64,000 nucleotides of DNA from the NCBI GenBank assembly GCA_964426275.1, contig CAYRPZ010000001.1, positions 6,503-70,502 on the forward strand, in the 5' to 3' direction. Position numbers and translations under genes: made by a program. Each line of letters opens with the position of its first letter. Position 1 is the first letter of the stretch. Under the pieces are notes generated by a model. It had not been told where the DNA came from, made no database searches, and saw nothing but the letters and a program-made list of their open reading frames with translations. Positions 54,012 through 63,939 of the stretch are shown one piece after another. Source of the DNA: an uncultured Ruminococcus sp. (GTDB lineage Bacteria > Bacillota > Clostridia > Oscillospirales > Ruminococcaceae).

Positions 54012-54048
54012 AAACATGGTGAACTTTTTCGGTTCATCATGTTTTATA
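54012..54048 (+). terminator. Rho-independent terminator of the carboxyltransferase operon
   Basis: A 14-bp stem AAAACATGGTGAAC / GTTCATCATGTTTT (one G-U pair) with a T-rich tail. Confidence 0.75.
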
Positions 54049-54090
54049 TTTACAGAAAGTATAATTTTTTATAATGAGGTGACACATGAA

Positions 54091-55035
54091 ATGCCTATAA
54101 AAATTCCGTCCGATTTGCCTGCGTATAAAACGCTTGTAAATGAGAATATATTTGTAATGGCTGATGAGAGAGCACAGCATCAGGATATAAGACCGCTTAA
54201 AATTGTAATTCTCAATCTTATGCCAAAAAAAATTCAAACAGAAACTCAGATAATGAGATTGCTCAGCAATACTCCGCTTCAGGTTGATGTCGACCTTCTC
54301 CATGTTACATCTCATATTTCAAAAAATACACCTCTCAACCATATGAGCAATTTTTATACCAGCTTCAATGAAATAAAAAATAACAGGTATGACGGAATGA
54401 TTATAACAGGTGCACCTGTTGAAAAGCTTGAATTTGAAGAAGTTGACTACTGGCAGGAATTGTGCAGTATTATGGAATGGTCAAAAACTCATGTTTTTTC
54501 AGTAATGCATATATGCTGGGGTGCTCAGGCAGGTCTTTACTATCATTTCCATATTCCAAAATATATCCTGACAAAGAAAATGTTCGGAATTTTTCCTCAT
54601 AATATTGAACGCAAAAATTCCCAACTTCTCAAAGGCTTTGATGAAGGATTTCTTGTTCCTCATTCACGTCATACTGAAGTAAAACGTGAAGACATTGAAA
54701 AAATTTCACAACTTGAAATACTTGCATCATCAGAAATAGCAGGAATATACATAGTAGCGAATCGCAATGGCAGACAGTATTTTATAACCGGTCATGCAGA
54801 ATACGACAGAGAAACAATTGCTGATGAATATTTCAGGGATATTTCAAAAGGAATTGACATTGATATTCCCTATAATTATTTTCCTGAAAACAATATCACA
54901 AAACCGCCTGTTTTCAAATGGGGCTGTCATGCAAACCTTATGTTTTCAAACTGGCTTAATTACTGCATATATCAGAGAACTCCCTATGACCTTGAAAAAC
55001 TGGAATCTATGGATTTCCAGTCATCGGTTCAGTAA
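54091..55035 (+). CDS. metA: Homoserine O-acyltransferase (MetA family)
   Basis: MPIKIPSDLPAYKTL..., LNLMPKK, and the catalytic HICWGAQAG. ATG 54091 has RBS GAGGTGA. The ORF-track start 54016 lies inside the upstream terminator. Confidence 0.93.
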   Translation: MPIKIPSDLPAYKTLVNENIFVMADERAQHQDIRPLKIVILNLMPKKIQTETQIMRLLSNTPLQVDVDLLHVTSHISKNTPLNHMSNFYTSFNEIKNNRYDGMIITGAPVEKLEFEEVDYWQELCSIMEWSKTHVFSVMHICWGAQAGLYYHFHIPKYILTKKMFGIFPHNIERKNSQLLKGFDEGFLVPHSRHTEVKREDIEKISQLEILASSEIAGIYIVANRNGRQYFITGHAEYDRETIADEYFRDISKGIDIDIPYNYFPENNITKPPVFKWGCHANLMFSNWLNYCIYQRTPYDLEKLESMDFQSSVQ

Positions 55036-55058
55036 TTTCAGAAAGAGAGGCTTTTATT

Positions 55059-55538
55059 ATGTCTGACAATTATTCAAATCCTAACCCCTACCAGTATGGA
55101 TTTGACAACAATATGGATACCAAAAATGAAAGAAAAGCCATGGCAATTGTAGGTCTTGTTCTTTCAATTATCGCATTTATCGGCATATGTTTCTGTATAG
55201 GTCTGCCATTCGGTATAGCAGGACTTATAATATGCATAATAGTTCTTGTAAAGGGAAAAGGCGGAAAAGGCATGGCAATTGCCGGAACTGTACTTTCAGG
55301 TCTTTCAGTTCTGATATCATCTGTTACAATTGCTATGTTTATACCTGTTTATCAGGATATGTCAAAGTTTGTCACAGAGATGCCTGAAGTAATTGAAGAT
55401 TATCAGGAGGACGGCTCACTGCCTGACTATCTTGAAAAATATCGTGAGCAGTATCCGGAATACTTTGAAGCATTTATGGAAGGTATGATTGAAGAATATG
55501 AAAAAAACCCTGAAGCATATCAATCTGAACAAGAATAA
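55059..55538 (+). CDS. Small membrane protein (DUF4190-like) with acidic C-terminus
   Basis: 159 aa; three hydrophobic helices after a Pro/Asn/Tyr-rich N-terminus. Confidence 0.7.
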   Translation: MSDNYSNPNPYQYGFDNNMDTKNERKAMAIVGLVLSIIAFIGICFCIGLPFGIAGLIICIIVLVKGKGGKGMAIAGTVLSGLSVLISSVTIAMFIPVYQDMSKFVTEMPEVIEDYQEDGSLPDYLEKYREQYPEYFEAFMEGMIEEYEKNPEAYQSEQE

Positions 55539-55554
55539 ATAAATTATTGATTAT

Positions 55555-55587
55555 AAAAAAGGGAAATATTTAAATTTCCCTTTTTTT
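55555..55587. terminator. Bidirectional terminator
   Basis: AAAAAAGGGAAAT / ATTTCCCTTTTTTT: an A-run and a T-run flank a 7-bp GC-containing stem between convergent genes. Confidence 0.75.
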
Positions 55588-55602
55588 ATACGCTGTTGAA
55601 AA

Positions 55603-56250
55603 TTAATATTCCTTAATTTTGTCATAATACTGCTTAAAAGCATTATAGTAAATCTTTGCTTTTTCAGTGCCATATTCCTTTACTATTGCATTATTAAATC
55701 TTATTCTGTCATCAGTTGTATGAATAAATTCAACAATATTGCTGATAATCTCTCTGCATTCAGATTTAGGAATATTTATAATAAGTTCACTCATGATATT
55801 TTCATATTCATCTTCTGCAATTCCAAGACGCTGTGCCTCTGCAATATCTTCTTCAGTTATATGCTCCTCAACATCTGTACCAATTGCAATGGCTATTGAC
55901 GGTTTGAGCACAACTGTTTTCTTTAAAACCTGCGAACAAAATTCTATTGCAGACAAATATCCTTTATCCTTGCTTATAATAAATATTTCATTTTCCTTAT
56001 TCTGATGATTAGCAACCCAATATCCAAGATATGTAACGAGCTGAAAATCAAGAGCATTTTTATCCGACTGATTGAGCTTATACTTTTCCATTCTTATCTG
56101 TTTCTGTATAATCATATCATGTACCGCAAAACTTATTGTGCTTGCAGAATCACTGTAAAACAGCACTATTTTATCAGTTCTTTTAAGTTTATCAATCCCA
56201 TTAAGTCCGAGAGAGTTTACATTTTCATAATCAACAAGAAATATTCTCAC
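55603..56250 (-). CDS. NYN/PIN-like (LabA-type) domain protein, putative RNase
   Basis: 215 aa; a GTG start with AGGTGA 6 nt upstream. N-terminal acidic motifs FLVDYENV, NALDFQL and IISKDKGY resemble the NYN catalytic pattern. Confidence 0.55.
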   Translation of the reverse strand: MRIFLVDYENVNSLGLNGIDKLKRTDKIVLFYSDSASTISFAVHDMIIQKQIRMEKYKLNQSDKNALDFQLVTYLGYWVANHQNKENEIFIISKDKGYLSAIEFCSQVLKKTVVLKPSIAIAIGTDVEEHITEEDIAEAQRLGIAEDEYENIMSELIINIPKSECREIISNIVEFIHTTDDRIRFNNAIVKEYGTEKAKIYYNAFKQYYDKIKEY

Positions 56251-56355
56251 TATTCTTCACCTTTTTCTTTAATTTATTAATGAATAATTAAAACTAAAAT
56301 AAAAATCAATACAGAATATTTAAAAGCATGATTATATTTTTGTTTTTTCATATGT

Positions 56356-58023
56356 CTATATCTCCATAGCTTTTTTAAGTTCCTGTTCTGCATTTTCGAG
56401 CATAAGAGGGCTTGGATTTTCTCCGCCAAGTATCCTTGCAATCTCATTTATACGGCTGTTGAAATCAAGCTGTGAAACCTCTGTGAATGTACGGTTATCT
56501 TCGGTTTTCTTTTCAATAAGCAGATGATTGTCTGCCATGACTGCAATCTGTGAAAGATGTGTGACACATATTACCTGACGTATTTTTCCTATATTTTTCA
56601 GCTTTATGCCTATTTTCTGTGCAGCACGTCCGCTTACTCCGGTATCTATTTCATCAAATATCAGTGTTGGTATCTCATCTTTTTCAGCCAGTGTACTTTT
56701 TATCGCAAGCATAATCCTTGAAAGTTCACCGCCTGATGCAATTGCTGATACCGGCTTTGGTTCTTCTCCCCTGTTTGCTGAAATCATAATTTCCATATTA
56801 TCCATGCCGTTTATTGTAAGTTTACCTTTTTCATGATTTACTGTAAGCATCACATCAGGCATATTAAGAAATTTAAGTTCTTCAGTAACGGATTTTATAA
56901 ATCTTTCAGCAGTTTTTTCCCTGAATAATGAAAGATTTTTTGCCTTTTCGGTAACAGCAGAAAGCAATTTATTTTTTTCAGCTGAAAGCCTTTCAATTTC
57001 TGCCGAATCTGTGCTGAAATTTCCGACTTCATTCCTTGCATCTTCATAAATTTTATATAAATCTTCAAGACCTGCATTGTATTTCTTTACTGCATGGCTG
57101 AGTTTATTTTTTCTGTCAGCAAGATATTCAAGCCTTGACCTGTCAAAATCAATGCTCTCTGACAGCTTTAAAAATTCATGGGAAATATCAGCAGTTTCAA
57201 TTCTTAAAGATGACAGCCTTTCATAAAGGTTTGATATTTCCTTTGAATACTCCGATATTTCCGATATTTCATTCTCACAGTCCATAATCATTTCAACTGC
57301 GCTTCCTGAAAGAGTACCGCTTAAAACCATATATGCCCTATGAAGTGACTCTGAAATCTTTTCGCTGTTCTGAATCAGTTCAAGTTCACTGTCAATATTG
57401 CTGTCGGATTCAAGGTCAATATCAAGACTTCCTATTTCCTGTATTCTTTCATTTAAAATATCAAGTCTTTCACGTCTTGATTTTTCTGTTTTTTTAAGTT
57501 CTCCGAGTCTTCTTGCAGTAAGCTGAAGTCTGCGGAACGATTCCCTGTAGTCATCAAGAAGCTTGCCGCTTTCACCAAAACTGTCTATAATTTCAAGATG
57601 TTTTTCCGGTGAAAGAAGTATCTGATTGTCGTGCTGACCGTGAATATTAATAAGATACATTCCTGCTTCCCGAAGTGCTGATGCTGTAACGGTTCTTCCG
57701 TTCATTCTTGCGATACTTTTCCCGTCAGAATGAATTTCCCTTGTAACAAACAGTTCGTTATCCTCGGTTTCAATTCCATATCCTTCAAGGACTGTTCTGA
57801 CACTGCTGCCTATATCTGAAAACAATGCTGTAATAACTGCTTTTTTACAGCCTGTGCGGATTATATCCTTTTTCACTCTCTGACCGAGAACCGCATTTAT
57901 GCTGTTTATCAGAACGGATTTTCCTGCACCCGTTTCACCTGTAAATATATTAAGATTTTCACTAAAGCATATCTGTGCTTTCTGAATTACTGCTAAATTT
58001 TCAATATACAGTTCCCGTATCAT
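56356..58023 (-). CDS. recN: DNA repair protein RecN
   Basis: 555 aa; Walker A GETGAGKS, a coiled coil, then C-terminal SGGELSR and LIFDEIDTG. Confidence 0.96.
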   Translation of the reverse strand: MIRELYIENLAVIQKAQICFSENLNIFTGETGAGKSVLINSINAVLGQRVKKDIIRTGCKKAVITALFSDIGSSVRTVLEGYGIETEDNELFVTREIHSDGKSIARMNGRTVTASALREAGMYLINIHGQHDNQILLSPEKHLEIIDSFGESGKLLDDYRESFRRLQLTARRLGELKKTEKSRRERLDILNERIQEIGSLDIDLESDSNIDSELELIQNSEKISESLHRAYMVLSGTLSGSAVEMIMDCENEISEISEYSKEISNLYERLSSLRIETADISHEFLKLSESIDFDRSRLEYLADRKNKLSHAVKKYNAGLEDLYKIYEDARNEVGNFSTDSAEIERLSAEKNKLLSAVTEKAKNLSLFREKTAERFIKSVTEELKFLNMPDVMLTVNHEKGKLTINGMDNMEIMISANRGEEPKPVSAIASGGELSRIMLAIKSTLAEKDEIPTLIFDEIDTGVSGRAAQKIGIKLKNIGKIRQVICVTHLSQIAVMADNHLLIEKKTEDNRTFTEVSQLDFNSRINEIARILGGENPSPLMLENAEQELKKAMEI

Positions 58024-58027
58024 TTTT

Positions 58028-58486
58028 CTACCTCCGCCCGAATATCAGCGTTTTAAGAGTTTCTGCAAACTGCACAGCATTTTTTTCCGTTCTTAAAAGT
58101 ATAAAAACTGTATCATCACCTGCTATTGTTCCGACTACCTGTTCATATTTCATTGCATCAAGCGATGCACATACTGCCTGAGCCATTCCTGTATGGCATT
58201 TTATAACTGCAATGTTTCCTGCACAGTCAATCGATTTCACACTGCTTTCAAAAATCCCTTTAAGCTTTGACTTTCCGCTGTCATCTTCACTTTCGGGCAA
58301 AGAATAATGATAAAGCCCTTCACTGTTGATAATTTTTACAAGTTTAAGCTCTCTTATATCTCTTGAAACAGTTGCCTGAGTAACTTTAAAACCATATCTG
58401 TCAAGAACTGACATAAGTTCTTCCTGTGTATAAACATCGGCACTGCGTATTATTTCAAGTATTTTTCTATGCCTTTTTTCTTTCAT
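58028..58486 (-). CDS. argR: Arginine repressor
   Basis: 152 aa; wHTH TQEELMSVLDRYGFKVTQATVSRDIREL and C-terminal GTIAGDDT. Confidence 0.94.
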   Translation of the reverse strand: MKEKRHRKILEIIRSADVYTQEELMSVLDRYGFKVTQATVSRDIRELKLVKIINSEGLYHYSLPESEDDSGKSKLKGIFESSVKSIDCAGNIAVIKCHTGMAQAVCASLDAMKYEQVVGTIAGDDTVFILLRTEKNAVQFAETLKTLIFGRR

Positions 58487-58509
58487 ACAACAGTCCCTCC
58501 GATATCCTT

Positions 58510-59373
58510 TTAATTTTTTATGGAATTAATAAGCTTTTTATTCAGTGAACTGAAAAATGTATTTTCATTCATATCAATAAGCTTTATTCTGTAATCTGAT
58601 TTTTTAACCAAAACATACTGATTTTCACTCAGAAAAAAAGGTTCATTTCCATCAACTGAAATATAGACATCTTTCATGTTTCTGCTGTCACATTCAACCC
58701 TGACAACTCTGCTGTCTGAAAACAGCATCGGTCGTATAAAAAGCGAATGAGGGCATATAAGATTCATTTCAATACATTCCAGGTCAGGCTCTATAACAGG
58801 TCCTCCGGCTGAAAGAGCATATGCTGTTGAACCTGTTGGAGTACTGAATATTACTCCGTCTGCACGATAACTGCCTATCTTAAATTCATCTGCAAATATA
58901 TCAAAGTCAAATATTTTTGAATATGTTCTGCTAATTGAAACATCATTAAGTGCTGAAGCTGAATATATCTCACTTCCATTTTTATCAATAACCTTTATAT
59001 CAAGCATCATTCTTTCAGTTACTGTATATTTTCTGTCTTTCAGATTTTTAAGGCTTTTAAGCTGATTGGTTTCCAGTGATGCCATAAATCCGAGCGTTCC
59101 TGTATTTATTCCAAGAAGTTCCGCTCTGCACCCTGTCATATATCCTGCACATCTTAAAATTGTGCCGTCACCGCCCACAGCCATTATTATATCCATATCC
59201 CTGACAAGCTCATAAAAATCACCGAAATTAACCCATTTCTTATCGCTGAACTGCATTTCAAACTGCCTGTCAATATAAAGTTCCGCTTCATCTTTCAGAA
59301 TGTCACATATTTCTCTTGCATAATGTACTGCATTTTTTTTCTGAAAATTCGGAAAAACTGCTGTTTTCAACAT
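58510..59373 (-). CDS. nadK: NAD kinase
   Basis: GGDGT motif and TPTGSTAYALSAGGP. ATG 59373 is preferred, with a GGGAG RBS. Confidence 0.93.
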   Translation of the reverse strand: MLKTAVFPNFQKKNAVHYAREICDILKDEAELYIDRQFEMQFSDKKWVNFGDFYELVRDMDIIMAVGGDGTILRCAGYMTGCRAELLGINTGTLGFMASLETNQLKSLKNLKDRKYTVTERMMLDIKVIDKNGSEIYSASALNDVSISRTYSKIFDFDIFADEFKIGSYRADGVIFSTPTGSTAYALSAGGPVIEPDLECIEMNLICPHSLFIRPMLFSDSRVVRVECDSRNMKDVYISVDGNEPFFLSENQYVLVKKSDYRIKLIDMNENTFFSSLNKKLINSIKN

Positions 59374-59392
59374 ATTTAAACTCCCTGAAATA

Positions 59393-60172
59393 TTAATGCA
59401 TTGCCTGTGAAACAATTTTCTTTATATCAAACACAGTGTTTTCATCTGTACTTCTGTCGATATAAAGCAGATATTCAGTATTTCCGCTTCCGCCCTTTAC
59501 AGGAGAAGGACACAAGCCTTTTATACAGAAACCATATTCCATACAGAATTTTATTATATCATCGATTACCGTTTCATGAACTGACAGAGATTTTACAATT
59601 CCATTCTTTCCGATATTGCTTCTGCCTGCCTCAAACTGTGGCTTTATCAAAAGAACACATTTCATGTTATTGTCCGTAAGTCTGTATATATGCGGAATTA
59701 TAAGTTTCAAGGAAATAAATGATACATCTGCACATACAAACTGAGGAATTTTTTCAAATATCTCACTGCTGACATTTCTTATATCAGTTTTTTCCATATT
59801 AATAACTCTGCTGTCATTAACAAGCTTTTCGGCAAGCTGTCCATGCCCGACTTCAACCGCATATACACGTTCTGCACCTCTCTGAAGCATACAGTCTGTA
59901 AATCCTCCGGAAGATGCCCCTATATCGAGACATATTATTCCATCAAAATCCAGTCCGAAAACATCTGATGCCCTTTCAAGTTTAAGACCGCCTCGCCCTG
60001 CATATTTAAGTTTTTCACCTGTAAATACTATTTCATCATCAGTACCTACATCTGCTGATGGTTTAAGGCATATCCTGCCGTTTATCTGTATTTCACCGCT
60101 TTTTATCTTTTCCTTGGCTCTTTCACGGCTTGGAAGTATTCCTCTTGAAACAATTTCCGCATCAAGTCTCAT
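59393..60172 (-). CDS. tlyA: TlyA-family rRNA 2'-O-methyltransferase
   Basis: S4 domain plus FtsJ-type LDIGASSGGFTD. ATG 60172 has RBS GGGGGA. It overlaps the dxs 3' end by 11 nt. Confidence 0.9.
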   Translation of the reverse strand: MRLDAEIVSRGILPSRERAKEKIKSGEIQINGRICLKPSADVGTDDEIVFTGEKLKYAGRGGLKLERASDVFGLDFDGIICLDIGASSGGFTDCMLQRGAERVYAVEVGHGQLAEKLVNDSRVINMEKTDIRNVSSEIFEKIPQFVCADVSFISLKLIIPHIYRLTDNNMKCVLLIKPQFEAGRSNIGKNGIVKSLSVHETVIDDIIKFCMEYGFCIKGLCPSPVKGGSGNTEYLLYIDRSTDENTVFDIKKIVSQAMH

Positions 60173-62054
60173 AAAATCCCCCGCAATGTTTCTGTACAAC
60201 TTCAAACATTGAATTTTCATCAAGCCCTATTTTATAAAGACATGATTTTACTGACGCTGCTTTTATAAATCCGTCAGCACATACAGAATAGTATTCTCCT
60301 TTATATCCGCCTGCAAGAAGTCTGTATGCAATATGTTCAGCTATACCGCCAATTCTTTCACTTTCTTCAAAAAAGAATATATGCTTATATTTATTTATTC
60401 TTTCAATGAATTCTGATTCAATTGGAAATATTTTATTCATCTTTAACGCTGTACAGTTTATGCCTTTTGCATTGAAGCGGCGACAGACTCTGTAAACATC
60501 ATCATATATGCGTCCATATGTGATTAACAGTATATCTTCCGCATCACTTTCATATGAAAATCTGTAATCGCTGTCAAAATCCACCTTATCAAATGATGAA
60601 TTGTCACTTCCTCTTGGATAGCGTACACAGGCAATTCCTGTATTTTCATACAAAGCCTTTTTAAGACATACCTTTACTTCTTCATAACATGACGGTGAAT
60701 ATATTACTGTATTCGGAATTGTTGTAAGCATAGGAACATCAAATACACCCTGATGAGTTTCACCGTCCTCACCTACAACTCCGGCTCTGTCTATGCCAAG
60801 TACAATATGAACACCGCCTATTGCAGCATCATGCATAAGCTGGTCATATGCTCTTTGCAAAAATGTTGAATATACAGCAAATACAGGTATTTTTCCCATA
60901 CTTGCAAGACCTGCCGAAAATGTTACAGCGTGCTGTTCTGCTATTCCCACATCAAAAAATCTTTCATGCAGTTCAAAACAGAAATACTGAAGTCCCGTTC
61001 CATATTTCATCGCAGCTGTTACAGCACATATTCTTTTGTCAGCTTTGGCAAGTTCAAGCAGTTCCTTACCGAATACTGACGAATATGAATTATCAGATGA
61101 TACTTCCGGATTTCCTGTACTTATTTCAAACGGCGGTACTCCATGATATTCCCCAGGATTTTTTTCAGCCGGAACATATCCTTTTCCTTTTTTTGTATTA
61201 ATATGGACGAATACAGGCTTTTTATAGCTCTTGGCAATCTGGAGAACTTCTTCAATGTCACTTATGCTGTGACCATCTACAGGCCCTAAATATATAAATC
61301 CCAGATTTTCAAACATTGTACTGTCCCTGACTATGACACCCTTTAACATATTTTTAACAGTTCTGAGAAATTTCATAACAGGTTTTCCGGCAAGAGGAAT
61401 TTTTTCAATAGTTTCACCTACTGCAATTTTTATTTTTACATATTTTTTCTTATTTCTCTTACCACGGAGATATTTTGCAAATGCTCCCACATTTCTGGAT
61501 ATTGACATATCATTATGGTTTAAAATAACAATAAGATTTGTATGGCTCTGACCGCCGTTATTAAGCCCCTCATATGCCATACCGCCTGTAAATGCCCCGT
61601 CGCCTATTACGGCAACGGCATAATTATCATTTTTTCCTTCAATTTTCATGGCTTCTGCCATACCGCAGGCAAGTGATATTGATGTACTGCTGTGACCGCT
61701 TACAAATGAATCATGAACTGATTCTGACGGCTTTGGAAATCCTGATATACCGTTTTCCTGTCTTAGCGTATGAAACTTTTCAAGCCTTCCTGTAAGAATT
61801 TTATGTGTATATGCCTGATGCCCAACATCCCATACAATTTTATCATCAGGCGAATTAAAAACTCTGTGAAGTGCTAATGTAAGCTCAACGGTTCCAAGAT
61901 TTGAGGCAAGATGGCCTCCTGTTTTTGATACAGTATTAATCAGTATTTCCCTTATTTCTTCACAAATTTCATCACATTCACTTAAACTCAGTTTTTTTAA
62001 ATCCTCAGGCAGATTCATACTGTAAAGTCTGCTCTTTTTATTTTCTCTTTCCAT
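60162..62054 (-). CDS. dxs: 1-deoxy-D-xylulose-5-phosphate synthase
   Basis: 630 aa; GGHLASNLGTVELT and the GDGAFTGGMAYEGLNN TPP motif. Confidence 0.96.
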   Translation of the reverse strand: MERENKKSRLYSMNLPEDLKKLSLSECDEICEEIREILINTVSKTGGHLASNLGTVELTLALHRVFNSPDDKIVWDVGHQAYTHKILTGRLEKFHTLRQENGISGFPKPSESVHDSFVSGHSSTSISLACGMAEAMKIEGKNDNYAVAVIGDGAFTGGMAYEGLNNGGQSHTNLIVILNHNDMSISRNVGAFAKYLRGKRNKKKYVKIKIAVGETIEKIPLAGKPVMKFLRTVKNMLKGVIVRDSTMFENLGFIYLGPVDGHSISDIEEVLQIAKSYKKPVFVHINTKKGKGYVPAEKNPGEYHGVPPFEISTGNPEVSSDNSYSSVFGKELLELAKADKRICAVTAAMKYGTGLQYFCFELHERFFDVGIAEQHAVTFSAGLASMGKIPVFAVYSTFLQRAYDQLMHDAAIGGVHIVLGIDRAGVVGEDGETHQGVFDVPMLTTIPNTVIYSPSCYEEVKVCLKKALYENTGIACVRYPRGSDNSSFDKVDFDSDYRFSYESDAEDILLITYGRIYDDVYRVCRRFNAKGINCTALKMNKIFPIESEFIERINKYKHIFFFEESERIGGIAEHIAYRLLAGGYKGEYYSVCADGFIKAASVKSCLYKIGLDENSMFEVVQKHCGGFYET

Positions 62055-62059
62055 AATTT

Positions 62060-62545
62060 TTAAACTTTCATCGGAAGTATGAAGGCTATTATGATACCAA
62101 GAATAAATCCACCACAGACTTCAATCGGTGTATGCCCGAGATACTCCTGAAGCTCCTTTGCTTTTTTTCCGTTTACCGGATTACTGAAAAGTTCAGGTAT
62201 AGTCCTTTTCATATTGTTTATTTCTTTTGCATGTATTCCCGCAGCCCGTCTTACACCCATTGCATCATATATAACTATCGCTGAAAAAAGAAATGCAAGT
62301 GCAAAATCTGTGGAATCGGTTCCCTTTGTTCTTCCGACAGATATTACCGCCGCAACAACCATGGCTGTATGGGAACTTGGCATACCTCCTGCACCGATAA
62401 GCCTTTCTGCATTGAACTGACGACATTTTATAAAGTTTATAAGTGTTTTTATAATCTGTGCGGAACACCATGCAACTACACCTGCTGTGAGTGTATAATT
62501 ATATCCCAATTCAAATTTCAACTCCTGTTTAATTTTTTCTTTCAA
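62060..62545 (-). CDS. Divergent PAP2 (DUF212) family membrane phosphatase-like protein
   Basis: 161 aa; GGMPSSHTA motif and several TM helices. Confidence 0.8.
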   Translation of the reverse strand: MKEKIKQELKFELGYNYTLTAGVVAWCSAQIIKTLINFIKCRQFNAERLIGAGGMPSSHTAMVVAAVISVGRTKGTDSTDFALAFLFSAIVIYDAMGVRRAAGIHAKEINNMKRTIPELFSNPVNGKKAKELQEYLGHTPIEVCGGFILGIIIAFILPMKV

Positions 62546-63419
62546 GAAGCATATATGTCAAATCTTTGAGAAAATCGCTGCCGCTGAAGTTATCAAGCGC
62601 CTTAAGTGCCTTGCCTGTAAGGATTTCAGCCTTTTCCATAGATTTTTCCACTCCAAGAAGTGTCACATATGTAGTCTTGTTCTGCTGTTCATCGCTTCCT
62701 GATGGTTTACCGAGAATTTCAGACGAACTTATAACATCAAGCACATCATCTTTAATCTGAAATGCAAGCCCCATACACTGTGCATATTCATCTGCATATT
62801 TTATTTTATCATATGCTCCTGCACTTATACAGCCCATACGGCAGGCAGACCTTAGCAATGCTCCTGTTTTTTTAGCATACATATTGTCAAGATTTTCAGT
62901 ATCGACATCATCACGCTTTTCATTTTCAATATCTATTACCTGTCCGCCTATAACTCCTGAAGTTCCGAATGATGATGAAAGTTCTGAAATGAGCTTAATT
63001 CTCACATCGGCATCAAGCTCCTGTGCATCTGCAATTATCTCAAACGGCTTTATCATAAGTGCATCTCCGGCAAGTATTGCAGTTGCTTCATCATATGCCT
63101 TATGACATGATGGTTTTCCTCTGCGGAGGTCATCATTGTCCATTGCAGGCAAATCATCATGTATAAGCGATGAAGTATGAATCATTTCCACTGCACAGGC
63201 AGGTGCTTTTGCATTTTTGTAATCTTTTCCGCATACACGGCAGAATTCCAGCACAAGTACCGGTCTTATGCGTTTTCCTCCTGCTGAAAGAGAATAATTC
63301 ATAGCATCAATCACATTACGCTGAGGTATGCAGTCATCTGTTACAGAATTGTATTTTTTCAGTTCTGATTCTGTAAACTCAATATATTCCTTTAATTTCC
63401 GTTTGTTAATATCCGTCAT
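62529..63419 (-). CDS. ispA: Farnesyl/geranylgeranyl diphosphate synthase
   Basis: 296 aa; first Asp-rich motif IHDDLPAMDNDDLRRG, second FQIKDDVLD. Confidence 0.94.
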   Translation of the reverse strand: MTDINKRKLKEYIEFTESELKKYNSVTDDCIPQRNVIDAMNYSLSAGGKRIRPVLVLEFCRVCGKDYKNAKAPACAVEMIHTSSLIHDDLPAMDNDDLRRGKPSCHKAYDEATAILAGDALMIKPFEIIADAQELDADVRIKLISELSSSFGTSGVIGGQVIDIENEKRDDVDTENLDNMYAKKTGALLRSACRMGCISAGAYDKIKYADEYAQCMGLAFQIKDDVLDVISSSEILGKPSGSDEQQNKTTYVTLLGVEKSMEKAEILTGKALKALDNFSGSDFLKDLTYMLLERKN

Positions 63420-63454
63420 ATTTTCACTCCTTCACTGTCATTATCAATGCCGGA

Positions 63455-63880
63455 CTATTCAGAATCTGAAGACTTATTTTCTTCAGTTTGAATGCTCTTT
63501 GAATATGCTCCGAGAACACCGTTTACAAATGCGGTATCCTTTTCAAGTGAATATTTTTCCGAAAGATGAACTGCTTCGCTTATTGCAGCATTTACAGGTG
63601 TACGGTCATCATACATAATTTCATAAAATGCAATTCTGAGAATAGCAAGATTTATTTTCGCAATTCTTCCCAATGCTCTTTTTGGACTGAATTTCTGTAT
63701 CATCTCATCAATTTCCTTTGAATGCAACAAAGTACCGTCAACCATTTCCCTTACTTTATTATTAAGCGTTATTTCATCAGCTTCTTCTGCAATTTCATAG
63801 AGTTCCTCAATAGTATCATCTCTTAGCAGACTTTCAAATACAATTTTAAATGCACAGTCACGAATATCCTGTCTTTTCAT
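63455..63880 (-). CDS. nusB: Transcription antitermination factor NusB
   Basis: 141 aa; REx(A/C)FKxLF-type N-terminus and a C-terminal FVNGVLG motif. Confidence 0.92.
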   Translation of the reverse strand: MKRQDIRDCAFKIVFESLLRDDTIEELYEIAEEADEITLNNKVREMVDGTLLHSKEIDEMIQKFSPKRALGRIAKINLAILRIAFYEIMYDDRTPVNAAISEAVHLSEKYSLEKDTAFVNGVLGAYSKSIQTEENKSSDSE

Positions 63881-63939
63881 AAATCCTCCATAAACTATAA
63901 AACATAATCAGCAAACCACATTGCTTTCCTGCAACCTTT

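Noticed and set aside
53982-54090. Possible SAM riboswitch or N-terminally extended MetA (ORF-track start 54016)
   Set aside because: The spacer is about 110 nt and is largely occupied by the terminator hairpin of the upstream operon. No SAM-I-like conserved core is visible. The extended start sits inside the hairpin, and ATG 54091 has a proper RBS.
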